Origin: Methanothermococcus sp. SCGC AD-155-E23
GTDB taxonomy: Archaea; AGJL01; Methanococci; Methanococcales; Methanococcaceae
Assembly (NCBI GenBank): GCA_019561615.1
Contig: JAHEQA010000046.1
Span: forward strand, 1 to 39,297
Length of the DNA: 39,297 bases
Reading direction: 5' to 3'
Part shown: positions 10,212 to 20,500 of the stretch, piece after piece
Numbering within the stretch: position 1 is the stretch's first letter
Layout: each line of letters begins with the position of its first letter
Notes under the pieces: generated by a model
The model's input: only the letters and a program-made list of their open reading frames with translations
Databases searched by the model: none
Told to the model about the DNA's origin: nothing
Translations under genes and position numbers: made by a program

Positions 10212-10715
10212 TTATAGTCTACTATCTACCTTGGCGGGAACAAGTATCTTGGAGATTATGGAGTCCCTTCTAAATTCTCTTCTTCTTAATTTACTTATAA
10301 TCTCCAGGTTTTTACTTCTCTTTTCAAAGATAAGGTCATTTATATCTACTACCTCTAGGCACCTCTTGGAACAGGCCTTAACACAGGCGTACTCCTCCTC
10401 CCTCTCTATACATAGGGAGCACTTATGGGCTATATCCTCCATAGTTATTGCACCGAAGGGGCAGGCCAGGGCACATAGTCCACAACCTATACACTTGGAC
10501 CCATCTAGGTAGATTATTTCTCCTCTCTTTTCAATAGCCTCTACTGGACATACCTCTTTACATGGGGCTGCGGCACAGTGTTGACATACTATGGGTAGAT
10601 ACCTTCCGTTGTGTTCCATTATCCCTATTCTACTTATACCATGGAGAATTGCACATGCCCTAACACAGGCACCACAGTTGTCACACTGGTCGTTAACCAT
10701 TATAAGTTTCTTCAT
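10212..10715 (-). CDS. porE: Pyruvate oxidoreductase-associated Fe-S protein PorE (CooF/HycB-like)
   Basis: CQHCAAAPCKEVCP and CIGCGLCALACPFG; follows porB. Confidence 0.75.
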   Translation of the reverse strand: MKKLIMVNDQCDNCGACVRACAILHGISRIGIMEHNGRYLPIVCQHCAAAPCKEVCPVEAIEKRGEIIYLDGSKCIGCGLCALACPFGAITMEDIAHKCSLCIEREEEYACVKACSKRCLEVVDINDLIFEKRSKNLEIISKLRRREFRRDSIISKILVPAKVDSRL

Positions 10716-10734
10716 CCTATCCCCACTCCAAAAG

Positions 10735-11628
10735 TTATTCCAATCCTAGGAGTTTACACCTTTCATCTACGTACTTCTGAAGAATCTCAATATCCTCATC
10801 TGTTAAGTGTCTGTACCTCTTCTGCATCCTTATATACTCCTTTAGAGGTTTCCTCTTTGCAGGCCTGTAGGTGATCCTGAACTCTCCATGTTCAATCTCG
10901 TAAAGTGGGAAGAATCCTGTCTCAACTGCCAACCTACCTATCTTGATGGTATCCTCTGGGTTGTACCCCCATCCCACTGTACAGGGCTGCAGTACATGGA
11001 TAAATGCAGGTCCCTCTATCTCACAGGCCTTCTTCACCTTCTTCATTAGATCCTCGGGATAACTTATACATGCGGTGGCAACGTAGGGAATCCCATGGGC
11101 TGCTGCAATCATGGCCATGTCCTTCTTAGGTCTGTCCTCACCTTTACTCCTCTTCCCTGCAGGAGCTGTTGTTGCAGAGGCAAAAAGTGGGGTGGCACTA
11201 CTTCTCTGAACTCCAGTGTTCATGTAGGCCTCGTTGTCGTACATAATATATACTATGTCATGTCCTCTCTCCAGTGCTCCACTTAGAGCCTGGAAACCTA
11301 TATCTGCAGTACCTCCATCTCCAATTATAGGCATGACAGTTATCTTCCTATCCTTGAATTTTCCCCTTTTCTTCAGGGCCTTTATAGCCCTCTCTATACC
11401 ACTTGCTACAGCCCCTCCACATTCAAAGGCTGTATGTATCCAGGGTACCCTCCAGGCAGTTTCAGGGTAGGGGGTGGTAAATACCTCTAAACATCCTGTG
11501 GAATTTACTACTATTACATCTCTTCCAGCAGCCTTCAAGGCCATTCTTACAAGAATAGAGGCACCACAGCCTGCACATCCCCTGTGGCCAGGTGCCAACA
11601 ACTCCTCCCTTGGAAATCTCTTACCCAT
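10735..11628 (-). CDS. porB: Pyruvate:ferredoxin oxidoreductase beta subunit
   Basis: [13 protein letters not shown]...[12 protein letters not shown] motif. Confidence 0.95.
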   Translation of the reverse strand: MGKRFPREELLAPGHRGCAGCGASILVRMALKAAGRDVIVVNSTGCLEVFTTPYPETAWRVPWIHTAFECGGAVASGIERAIKALKKRGKFKDRKITVMPIIGDGGTADIGFQALSGALERGHDIVYIMYDNEAYMNTGVQRSSATPLFASATTAPAGKRSKGEDRPKKDMAMIAAAHGIPYVATACISYPEDLMKKVKKACEIEGPAFIHVLQPCTVGWGYNPEDTIKIGRLAVETGFFPLYEIEHGEFRITYRPAKRKPLKEYIRMQKRYRHLTDEDIEILQKYVDERCKLLGLE

Positions 11629-11639
11629 GGTATCACCTT

Positions 11640-12809
11640 TTACTCTTTAAGACCTATCCACTTAGTTTCCACATCCTTAGACTCCTCCAGGTGTTTAACT
11701 ATCTCCTCTATATTTCTAGGAGTGATATCCCTACCTCCCAAACCTACTATGTAGTTACATATCTTCTTATCTCTCAAGGTCGCCATTATTTCAGTACCTA
11801 AGGCTCCCATGTTAAGCCCAAAGGAGATGTTTCTGTCTAACACCCCAATGTTCTCCGCCCCCTCCAACATCTCCTTTATCTCCTCCTTTGGAAATGGCCT
11901 GAAGGTTCTTATCCTTAGGAGCCCTATGTTTTTCCCCTTCTTTTTCAGTCTATCTATAACGTACCTTATAGTCTCACATACACTACCCATGGCAACAAGT
12001 ACAGTATCTGCATTCTCCAGGTTGTACCCCTCCACCAATCCATTTCCATATCTCCTGTTGAACAACTGGTAGTACTCCTCATTTACCCTCTTTATAACCT
12101 CCTTGGCCCTCTCTATGGCATCGTTTATCTGTTTCCTGGTCTCCATGTAACACTCAGGTACTCCAACTGGACCCTGGGTTATAGGTCTATCTGGATCTAG
12201 ATAGGCATGTTTAGGTTCATAGATCCCCAGGTAATCCCTAACCTTTCTCTCATCAGGGATATACACAGGTTCTACGGTATGGGTGAGAATAAACCCATCT
12301 ATACAGACCATAACTGGTAGTAGAACATCCTCATCCTCTGCAATTTTATAGGCCTGTATTATACTGTCCAGGGTCTCCTGGTTATTCTGGGCGTAGATCT
12401 GTATCCAGCCAGTGTCCCTCTCTGTTACAGAGTCCTGGTGATCACACCATATATTTATTGGTGCAGAGAGTGCCCTGTTTGTGTTGAGCATAACTATAGG
12501 TAACCTCATACCAGAGGCAATATACAACATCTCATGCATCAACGCCAAACCCTGGGCTGCAGTTGCTGTAAAGGTCCTCACCCCAGTTGCAGAGGCACCT
12601 ATACAGGCTGCCATTGCCGAGTGCTCACTTTCCACTTTAATATACTCTGCATCAAATTCTCCGTCTGCAATAAATTTCGCCAACATTTCAACACATTCAC
12701 TCTGGGGTGTTATGGGATAGGCTGCAATAACCTCCACATTGGATAACTTTACACCTATGGCTGCAGCGGTAGTTCCAGTAATAACATCTACCCTCTCCAT
12801 AATATCCAC
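11640..12809 (-). CDS. porA: Pyruvate:ferredoxin oxidoreductase alpha subunit
   Basis: [30 protein letters not shown]. Confidence 0.95.
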   Translation of the reverse strand: MDIMERVDVITGTTAAAIGVKLSNVEVIAAYPITPQSECVEMLAKFIADGEFDAEYIKVESEHSAMAACIGASATGVRTFTATAAQGLALMHEMLYIASGMRLPIVMLNTNRALSAPINIWCDHQDSVTERDTGWIQIYAQNNQETLDSIIQAYKIAEDEDVLLPVMVCIDGFILTHTVEPVYIPDERKVRDYLGIYEPKHAYLDPDRPITQGPVGVPECYMETRKQINDAIERAKEVIKRVNEEYYQLFNRRYGNGLVEGYNLENADTVLVAMGSVCETIRYVIDRLKKKGKNIGLLRIRTFRPFPKEEIKEMLEGAENIGVLDRNISFGLNMGALGTEIMATLRDKKICNYIVGLGGRDITPRNIEEIVKHLEESKDVETKWIGLKE

Positions 12810-12810
12810 C

Positions 12811-13071
12811 TTATTTCTCCTCCCTTACCCTAGTTATGGCATTTGTAGGACACTCCTTGGAACATATTAGACATCCCTTACAGTAGTCGTAGTTTATCCT
12901 GAAGTTTTCCTCCTCATCCTCGTATATAGCCCCCTCTGGACAGAAGATATAGCATATCTCGCACTTTATACACTTCTCAGTGTTTAAGATAGGCCTAAAG
13001 GTCCTCCAGCCTCCAGTTTTGTTCCTAACTGTACTTCCAGGTTCGTATATGATGGCACCTATGGTTACCAT
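12811..13071 (-). CDS. porD: Pyruvate:ferredoxin oxidoreductase delta subunit
   Basis: KTGGWRTFRP, two 4Fe-4S motifs, YDYCKGC. Confidence 0.93.
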   Translation of the reverse strand: MVTIGAIIYEPGSTVRNKTGGWRTFRPILNTEKCIKCEICYIFCPEGAIYEDEEENFRINYDYCKGCLICSKECPTNAITRVREEK

Positions 13072-13083
13072 TTAATACACCTC

Positions 13084-13614
13084 TTAATTTTCTGAGAGAA
13101 TGCTGTAGGCTACCTCTGCAGCTTTGGCGTTTTTCTCCCCAAGTTTTCCCTTGAAGGTATCCAGTATAGCCCTTCTAAGGGAGTCAAAAGATATTAACTT
13201 GGTAGCACCTACAAATGCCCCTAACATAGTGGTATTAACTATGGGAACACCGAGAATATCTAGGGCTATCCCTGTGGCATCTATGGTGTATGTCTTAAAG
13301 CCTAGATCTAGCTCCTCCTTAGTGGTATTCACAATAACTGCTCCACCTTCTTTCAACCCCTTCACCACATTAACGGCATCTAGAAGGGTAGGATCTAGGA
13401 CTATTACGTAATCTGGGTTGTACACCTGAGATCTTATAAGGATCCTTTTATCGTCTATCCTTGTAAAGGCCATAACTGGAGCTCCCCTCCTTTCAACACC
13501 AAAAAATGGAAATCCCTGGCAGTATTTACCGTCGTAAAAGGCAGCCTTTGCTAAAATTTTGGCAGCAGTAACTGCCCCCTGACCCCCTCTACCATGAAAT
13601 CTGATCTCAATCAT
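13084..13614 (-). CDS. porC: Pyruvate:ferredoxin oxidoreductase gamma subunit
   Basis: [13 protein letters not shown] and FGVERRGAP; ATG 13614 is preceded by a GGAGGT Shine-Dalgarno. Confidence 0.93.
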
Positions 13615-13654
13615 ACCTCCACCTCGGAGAAATAATTGGTCATTATTAATCATT

Positions 13655-13690
13655 ACAAAACTTAGGATTGTGATATATAAACCTTTGTAT
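13655..13690 (-). promoter_or_regulatory. por operon promoter (TATA) with adjacent inverted repeat
   Basis: Minus-strand CAAAGGTTTATATAT followed by ACAA-nn-CT-n-AG-nn-TTGT at 13655-13671. Confidence 0.45.
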
Positions 13691-13738
13691 TTTTCTACAA
13701 TTGTCGAATTATAATTATAAAAAAAGATTTATCCTCTA

Positions 13739-14338
13739 TTAGAAAAACACCCAGAAAAACAGGGGCAACGACACAACTGCCCATACTAAGGGGTTCCAGG
13801 AGAGGACTTTAAACCCGTCGAAGGGAGGTATGGGGAGTAAGTTGAAGGCTGCCAGATAGAGGTTTATATACGTCCCAAGGTAGAGTATGAAAGAGAGGAG
13901 GGAGAAGGGTGGGAAAAAGGTGGAGAGGAGGGTGAAGATAGCTGCCATGAGTACATTGGAGAGGGGACCTGCAAGGGCGATTATACCACTTTCCTCTGGA
14001 GTTAGGTAGTCTTTGAAGATATAGACTGCCCCTGGAGCTATAAAGGTAAATCCTACCAGTATCTTTAGAATAAGTGCCAGGATCAATCCCTCAAACCAGG
14101 CCCTAAATTCACTGTAGGCTCCAAAGTACCTTGCCACAGTTCTATGGGCCAACTCGTGGAAGATGAAACTACTACCTACAAGGATTAGTGAGATAATAAA
14201 CCTGTAGAGAAAGGCTGGATCCTCAAATATATGGAATCCCCTTCCAGGCCATGCAAAGATAAGGGCTATTGCTACTGTAGATATTACCAGATCTCTGATC
14301 TCCTGGGGAGAGAAGTGAAGGATATTGTAATTTATCAT
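13739..14338 (-). CDS. Site-2 protease family (M50) membrane zinc metalloprotease
   Basis: HELAH, AGPLSN and NLLPIPPFDG motifs; hydrophobic segments. Confidence 0.9.
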   Translation of the reverse strand: MINYNILHFSPQEIRDLVISTVAIALIFAWPGRGFHIFEDPAFLYRFIISLILVGSSFIFHELAHRTVARYFGAYSEFRAWFEGLILALILKILVGFTFIAPGAVYIFKDYLTPEESGIIALAGPLSNVLMAAIFTLLSTFFPPFSLLSFILYLGTYINLYLAAFNLLPIPPFDGFKVLSWNPLVWAVVSLPLFFWVFF

Positions 14339-14347
14339 GTTACCACT

Positions 14348-15253
<906 letters not shown>

Positions 15254-15299
15254 TTACTATGAAAACTCTTACATATAGATAAAAATTTTGGTGAAAACT

Positions 15300-16067
15300 A
15301 TGGAGGACGTGGAAAAAACCATTGAGAAACTTACTAACTTTATAAGAGATGTTGTAAAAAGAGCTAAGGCCAAAGGTGTGGTCGTTGGACTAAGTGGAGG
15401 TATAGACAGTTCCCTTGTAGCCACACTCTGTGTAAAGGCTCTTGGAAGGGATAAGGTACTGGGGGTTATAATGCCTGAGAGGGATACAGATCCAAAGGAT
15501 GTTGAAGATGCCAAGATGATCGCGGAAAAACTAGGTATAAAGTATATAGTATCTGACATTACAGATGTATTAAAGGCCTTTGGAGCAGGGGGTTACGTTC
15601 CTACAAGGGAGTTTGACAGGATAGCAGATGGGAATCTAAAGGCTAGGGTAAGGATGTGTATTCTCTACTACTTTGCAAATAAGAGAAAACTCCTTGTTGC
15701 AGGTACCTCTAACAAGTCAGAACTCTATATGGGGTACGGGACTAAGTACGGAGATCTAGGTAGTGACTTCCTGGTTATAGGCAACCTCTTTAAAAGTGAG
15801 GTTAGAGAGTTGGCAAGGTATCTAGGAGTACCTCAGGAGATAATAGATAAGCCTCCATCTGCAGGTCTTTGGAAGGGACAGAGGGATGAGGATGAGCTGG
15901 GGATAACCTATGAGTTACTGGATAAGATACTTGAGAGGATAGAGAGGGGAGAAGATAAGGAGAAGATAGCCAGGGATTTAAATGTCCCACCCTCCCAGGT
16001 GGAGGAGATAATCAGGAGGATAGAGGCTAACAGGCATAAGTTAGGTCCTATATTCCCTCCAGAGTAA
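15300..16067 (+). CDS. nadE: NH3-dependent NAD+ synthetase
   Basis: GLSGGIDS, GNLKARVRM, GYGTKYGD, PSAGLW; ATG 15300 follows a GGTGA Shine-Dalgarno. Confidence 0.95.
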   Translation: MEDVEKTIEKLTNFIRDVVKRAKAKGVVVGLSGGIDSSLVATLCVKALGRDKVLGVIMPERDTDPKDVEDAKMIAEKLGIKYIVSDITDVLKAFGAGGYVPTREFDRIADGNLKARVRMCILYYFANKRKLLVAGTSNKSELYMGYGTKYGDLGSDFLVIGNLFKSEVRELARYLGVPQEIIDKPPSAGLWKGQRDEDELGITYELLDKILERIERGEDKEKIARDLNVPPSQVEEIIRRIEANRHKLGPIFPPE

Positions 16068-16069
16068 AG

Positions 16070-16933
16070 GTGGAAGGTGGGAACATCTACTTCCAGGAGT
16101 GTTACAGATACCTCTGTGCCTACTCAGATTATAGGGAGAGTGAATTTGTCATATTTGGAGTACCTTACGACGGCACAGCTACCTATAAACCTGGGGCGAG
16201 ATTTGGGCCAGATGAGGTGAGAAGGGCCTCCTGGGTGTTAGAGACCTACAGCCCAAATCTAAGGAGGGATCTAACTGAGGTTAAAATCGCAGATTTAGAT
16301 AACATTATAATAGAGGGGGATCAGAGGGAGATTCTAGATAGAATCTACAGGGCAGCCCTTGGGATTATGAGGGATGGGAAGAAGGTGGTGGTGATTGGAG
16401 GGGATCACTCCATCACATATCCTCTAGTTAAAGCTGCAAAGGAGGTTTATGGCGATTTAGTACTTGTCCACTTCGATGCCCACTGTGACTTAAGGGAGGA
16501 GTACCTGGGAAATAGGTACTCTCACGCCTCAGTTATAAGGAGATGTTACCAGGTTACAGGGGATATATACCAATTTGGCATTAGAAGTGGAGATAGGGAG
16601 GAGTGGGAATTCGCCTGGAGTAATACCCATATATTCAATAGGTTACCAGGAGAAGAGGAGATCCAGGAGATTGGATCCCTGGATAAACCAGTCTACATCA
16701 CCATAGATATAGATGTGCTAGATCCTGCCTATGCCCCTGGAACTGGTACTCCAGAACCTTGTGGATACTCCACAAAGGAGTTGATAGATGCCCTCTATCT
16801 CTTTAGAAATCTAAGAGATAAAATAGTGGGTTTTGATATTGTAGAGGTATCTCCACCCTGTGATGTAAACAGTATTACCTCCATCACCGCTGCAAAGATT
16901 ATAAGGGAACTTATACTTACCCTTGGGAGGTGA
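16070..16933 (+). CDS. speB: Agmatinase (ureohydrolase family)
   Basis: GGDHS, DAHCD, DIDVLDPAYAPGTGTPE. Confidence 0.9.
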   Translation: MEGGNIYFQECYRYLCAYSDYRESEFVIFGVPYDGTATYKPGARFGPDEVRRASWVLETYSPNLRRDLTEVKIADLDNIIIEGDQREILDRIYRAALGIMRDGKKVVVIGGDHSITYPLVKAAKEVYGDLVLVHFDAHCDLREEYLGNRYSHASVIRRCYQVTGDIYQFGIRSGDREEWEFAWSNTHIFNRLPGEEEIQEIGSLDKPVYITIDIDVLDPAYAPGTGTPEPCGYSTKELIDALYLFRNLRDKIVGFDIVEVSPPCDVNSITSITAAKIIRELILTLGR

Positions 16934-17732
16934 GATTTCTATACCTATGGATCTTCCTTGCTAGAAGTGCGGCAAAGGATGCTGCACCAAAACCGTTGTC
17001 TATATTTACCACAACCAAACCTGGGACACAGGAGGTTAGCATGGAGTAGAGGGCAGACTTACCATCCTTTCCAACCCCATACCCCACAGATACAGGTACA
17101 CCAATTACAGGGATATCCACTAAACTTGCCACAAGGGAGGGTAGTGCCCCCTCCATCCCAGCTACTACTATAATACAACATACATCCTCCTCTATCATCC
17201 TCTTCAAGGGTTCAAAGAGTCTATGTATACCAGCTATACCTACGTCGTAGGAGTATATCACCTCACAACCTAGAAACTCCCCTGTAACCCTTACCTCCTC
17301 TGCTACAGGGATATCACTTGTACCTGCAGCCAGGAGGCCAATCTTTCCATAGATCTCCTGTTTATAATCCCTCCTTTTAAGTACTACAGTAGAGGCCTTA
17401 GGGTTTACAAGGAACTGGTAATCCTGGAGATTGAAATTTTTGACAATATCTTCCATCTCCCTCTCCAGTTTCAGGATATGTTCCCTCCTAACCTTTGTTG
17501 CAAGTGCTATACCCCTCTCCTCTGCAATCCTCTTCAACGCCAGGATTATATCCTCAAAATCTTTATTTTTAGCGTATATCACCTCTGGAATCCCTGACCT
17601 TAAATCCCTGGAAATATCTAACTTAATCCTCTCCTCTATCTCCTGAATTTGATAGATCTTAAGAAGGGTTTCAGCCTCCTCAGGGGAGATCCTCTTTTCC
17701 GCCAGATCCCTTAGGATATCCCTTATCTTCAT
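16917..17732 (-). CDS. larB: LarB / NCAIR-mutase-like protein (nickel-pincer nucleotide biosynthesis family)
   Basis: R.GIPEVIYA, AGTSDIPVAEE, DVGIAGIHRL, AGMEGAL, VVNIDNGFGA. Confidence 0.85.
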   Translation of the reverse strand: MKIRDILRDLAEKRISPEEAETLLKIYQIQEIEERIKLDISRDLRSGIPEVIYAKNKDFEDIILALKRIAEERGIALATKVRREHILKLEREMEDIVKNFNLQDYQFLVNPKASTVVLKRRDYKQEIYGKIGLLAAGTSDIPVAEEVRVTGEFLGCEVIYSYDVGIAGIHRLFEPLKRMIEEDVCCIIVVAGMEGALPSLVASLVDIPVIGVPVSVGYGVGKDGKSALYSMLTSCVPGLVVVNIDNGFGAASFAALLARKIHRYRNLTSQG

Positions 17733-17755
17733 ACTACCTCCTTAATTTAGAATTG

Positions 17756-17813
17756 AAACCTCAGAGCTCATACGGATCATCATCCTTCAGTTTAAGATAC
17801 TCATCATCGGTTT
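17756..17813 (-). ncRNA. Box C/D 2'-O-methylation guide sRNA
   Basis: Minus strand AAACC-G-ATGATGA(C)-GTATCTTAAA-CTGA(D')-AGG-ATGATGA(C')-TCCGTATGAGCT-CTGA(D)-GGTTT: four perfect boxes, 10- and 12-nt guides, 5-bp terminal stem. Confidence 0.9.
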
Positions 17814-18268
17814 TTACATCTTTTAAAGGCCTCTTCAGGGGTCCTCCTCTCTAAACCTAGGTACTTGGCCACAAGTAGACCATACTCTATATACTTCTCC
17901 TCAGGGGGAAGGTCCCCTATAAACATGCCAGGACATCTCTCCAGAAACCAGGGGTCGTATGTTAGTACCAACTGACCATCTGCCAACTGGATAGAGTAGG
18001 GACGTAACCTACATATCAGGGGTCTCACTGGATATATGGAGCACCTGTTACCCTTTAAAAATATACACCTATTTTTAACACCCTTTAACTCCCCTACAGT
18101 ACCGTTGAAGTAATTTACATACCTATCTACAAACTCCTTGAAGGGTATTTTTAAGTATCCACATATCCTGGCTATATCCTTCTTGGTCACAGTAGGGGGA
18201 TCGCAACACCTTCCACATCTTCTACATACCCAGGCGATATTCCTAGTATCTATCTTAACCTTGGACAT
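17804..18268 (-). CDS. YkgJ family CxxCxxCC cysteine-cluster protein
   Basis: CRRCGRCC and CIFL..NRCSIYPVRPLICRLRPY. Confidence 0.85.
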   Translation of the reverse strand: MSKVKIDTRNIAWVCRRCGRCCDPPTVTKKDIARICGYLKIPFKEFVDRYVNYFNGTVGELKGVKNRCIFLKGNRCSIYPVRPLICRLRPYSIQLADGQLVLTYDPWFLERCPGMFIGDLPPEEKYIEYGLLVAKYLGLERRTPEEAFKRCKNR

Positions 18269-18335
18269 CTTTTCCCATAAAAATTTTATTTTAAATTAGG
18301 TTTTAATTTTTATTAAAACTTATTTTGGTGATAAA

Positions 18336-19100
18336 TTGGCAGAGATAATCGCTGTAAGTGGAAAGGGGGGAACTGGAAAAACCATGTTCTCCACATTTCT
18401 AGTAAAGGCCCTGTCTAAGAGGAATAAGAATCTCCTTGTGATAGATGCAGATCCAGATTCCAACCTTCCAGAGACCCTTGGTGTAGAGGTGGAGAAAACC
18501 ATAGGTGATATTAGGGAGGAGTTAAAGAGGTTGATTGAGGAGAATAAATTACCTCCAGGGATATCCAAACAGGAGTACCTTATGGGAAAGGTGTACGAGA
18601 TATTGGTGGAGACTGACAACTACGATCTCCTTGTAATGGGGAGACCTGAGGGTAGTGGTTGTTACTGTAGTGTAAATAACTGGCTGAGACAGATAATAGA
18701 TAACCTCTCCTCCTACTACGACTACGTGGTAATAGATACAGAGGCTGGACTGGAGCACCTAAGTAGAAGGACCACCCAGAATGTAGATACCATGATAGTG
18801 GTAACTGATCCATCTAAGAGAGGTCTTGGAACTGCAAAGAGGATAAAGAAACTGGCAGAGGATTTGGACATTAAGTTTAAAAATATCTACGTGGTGGCAA
18901 ACAAGGTAGATGAAAAAACCGCTGACATGGTGGAGAAATACGCCAAGGAACTTGGACTTAAGTTAATTGGAAAGTTACCCTACAGTGAGGAAATCGCCAG
19001 ATACGATCTCCTTGGTATACCCCTCTTTAAGATAGATGAGAACAACGAGGTGTATAAAGAGGTGGAAAAAATAGTAGAGAGGTATATTTTAAAAGATTAA
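18336..19100 (+). CDS. cooC: CooC/AcsF-like nickel-insertion ATPase (MinD/ParA family)
   Basis: SGKGGTGKT deviant Walker A, DADP, GCYC metal motif, DTEAGLEH. Confidence 0.85.
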   Translation: MAEIIAVSGKGGTGKTMFSTFLVKALSKRNKNLLVIDADPDSNLPETLGVEVEKTIGDIREELKRLIEENKLPPGISKQEYLMGKVYEILVETDNYDLLVMGRPEGSGCYCSVNNWLRQIIDNLSSYYDYVVIDTEAGLEHLSRRTTQNVDTMIVVTDPSKRGLGTAKRIKKLAEDLDIKFKNIYVVANKVDEKTADMVEKYAKELGLKLIGKLPYSEEIARYDLLGIPLFKIDENNEVYKEVEKIVERYILKD

Positions 19101-20134
19101 TCCTCCTTCTTACTGTACTTCTCCAGTACCTTCAAGGCGTGAGGTAGTATATCTTCAAGGGGTCCAAAGCACATACTGTCTGCAGTACCAGTTAGGGCCT
19201 TGGGATCCAACCTCTTCTCCATGTTGTTAATACCCTCCTCCCTCATCAACTCCAGTATTACACTCATGGCCTCATCTGCCATAGTCTGGGCAAAGTCTGC
19301 AGGTGCTCCCAGGATATTTACAACTGCATCCCTGTATGCCAACAGCCCTGCATAAACTATGGCTGTAATTGCAGATCCCATATCACATACTGGACTTATA
19401 AGGTTTGCCGGTAACCTGTAGGCGTTACCCCTTGCAATCTTTGCTATGTTGTAAAGTTTATCCAGTGCCTCCTCAGATGCAAAGCCCTCTGCCAGGAATA
19501 CCTGCCCCTTCATCTCAGGTACTGTCCCTGGATGGTAGGAGGTAATGTTTAGATCCTCTCTTCCCAGGTCCTTGAATATCTGGGCAAACTTTGGGGTGGA
19601 GATGGTACAGGCGTGGGTTACTATGGCCCCCTCCTCTATAGCATCTGCAAATTTTTTAATTATACCTGGCTGACTCTTACCCTTTGGTAGCCAGGTTATT
19701 ACAATATCTGCATCACTTACAGCCTCCCTGTCGTCGGAGGTTGTCTTTAGTCCAACATCCTCTGGGTGTACAAGGTGGATACAGGCCTTTGGTGGTTTTG
19801 GTAATTCCTTGGCCTTCTCCAGTACTGCCTCTCTAATAGCTGGCATTATCTTTTCAGGGTCTCCAGATAGGTGGGCCTCCATAACCTCCTGGGGGTCAAA
19901 CTTATCTATTACAACGAGACCTGGATCCTCTGAGAAACAGGGATCTGAGAGTACAATCTCATCTACCTCTGGGACTAGGTGAAGTAGTTCTGCTCCGTAG
20001 GTAACTGAGGAGTGGGTCAGGGTGATCTCTGGCTTGTTTACCTTATCTGCCACCTCAGCAGCCCTTGCAAAGTTTGTGATTCCTGAGGCAGCGTGGGTTC
20101 TATAGCACCCTGCTCCCAGTATAGCGATTTTCAT
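19097..20134 (-). CDS. hmd: [Fe]-hydrogenase (H2-forming methylene-H4MPT dehydrogenase)
   Basis: MKIAILGAGCYRTHAASGITNF, THACT (FeGP-ligating Cys), ADSMCFG. Confidence 0.96.
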   Translation of the reverse strand: MKIAILGAGCYRTHAASGITNFARAAEVADKVNKPEITLTHSSVTYGAELLHLVPEVDEIVLSDPCFSEDPGLVVIDKFDPQEVMEAHLSGDPEKIMPAIREAVLEKAKELPKPPKACIHLVHPEDVGLKTTSDDREAVSDADIVITWLPKGKSQPGIIKKFADAIEEGAIVTHACTISTPKFAQIFKDLGREDLNITSYHPGTVPEMKGQVFLAEGFASEEALDKLYNIAKIARGNAYRLPANLISPVCDMGSAITAIVYAGLLAYRDAVVNILGAPADFAQTMADEAMSVILELMREEGINNMEKRLDPKALTGTADSMCFGPLEDILPHALKVLEKYSKKED

Positions 20135-20297
20135 AGCCTCACCTATTCCTTTGTCAATTACTGATATCTATGGAAGTTGTTATAAAAAGTTGTCGTTTTG
20201 AAATTGTTAAAATAGCTATTAGAGAAATTAAAATACCATATTTGATAAGTTAATAATTATACATTTAAATCTATGGATATAACCCTCTATAAAAAAA

Positions 20298-20374
20298 TGG
20301 AGCCAGGGGAGGGATTTGAACCCTCCTAAAGCGGATCTGCAGTCCGCCGCCTCGCCAGACTAGACTACCCTGGC
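20298..20374 (-). tRNA. tRNA-Cys (anticodon GCA), CCA encoded
   Basis: Acceptor GCCAGGG/CCCTGGC-T-CCA, anticodon arm GCGGA-CTGCAGA-TCCGC, GGTTCAAATCC. Confidence 0.96.
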
Positions 20375-20413
20375 TCTACCTTGAGATATCCATTTAGGGT
20401 AGTAATAACATCT

Positions 20414-20432
20414 TATATATAAACTTTTCGGT
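20414..20432 (-). promoter_or_regulatory. BRE-TATA promoter of tRNA-Cys
   Basis: Minus-strand ACCGAAAAGTTTATATATA; closely similar elements precede tRNA-Ser (about 8412-8429) and the 34587 gene (34634-34650). Confidence 0.7.
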
Positions 20433-20500
20433 TACAGGAAAGGATAGTAATAAATAAAGTGACTTTTAAAGATAACTTTAAAAAACCTAATAGGGGTACT

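Noticed and set aside
13615-13653. 13-aa N-terminal extension of PorC in the ORF track
   Set aside because: The conserved start MIEIRFHG with a GGAGGT Shine-Dalgarno is at 13614; the extension lies in the 5' UTR.
17792-17806. Tandem TGA TGA at the end of the Cys-rich YkgJ gene as selenocysteine readthrough
   Set aside because: It is explained by the sRNA C box; readthrough would add only a few residues before TAA, and I saw no SECIS-like hairpin.
20135-20297. Short repeats (AAGTTGT twice, ATCTATGGA twice) upstream of hmd as a nickel-responsive operator
   Set aside because: They are too short and AT-rich, with no convincing dyad, to be supported from sequence alone.
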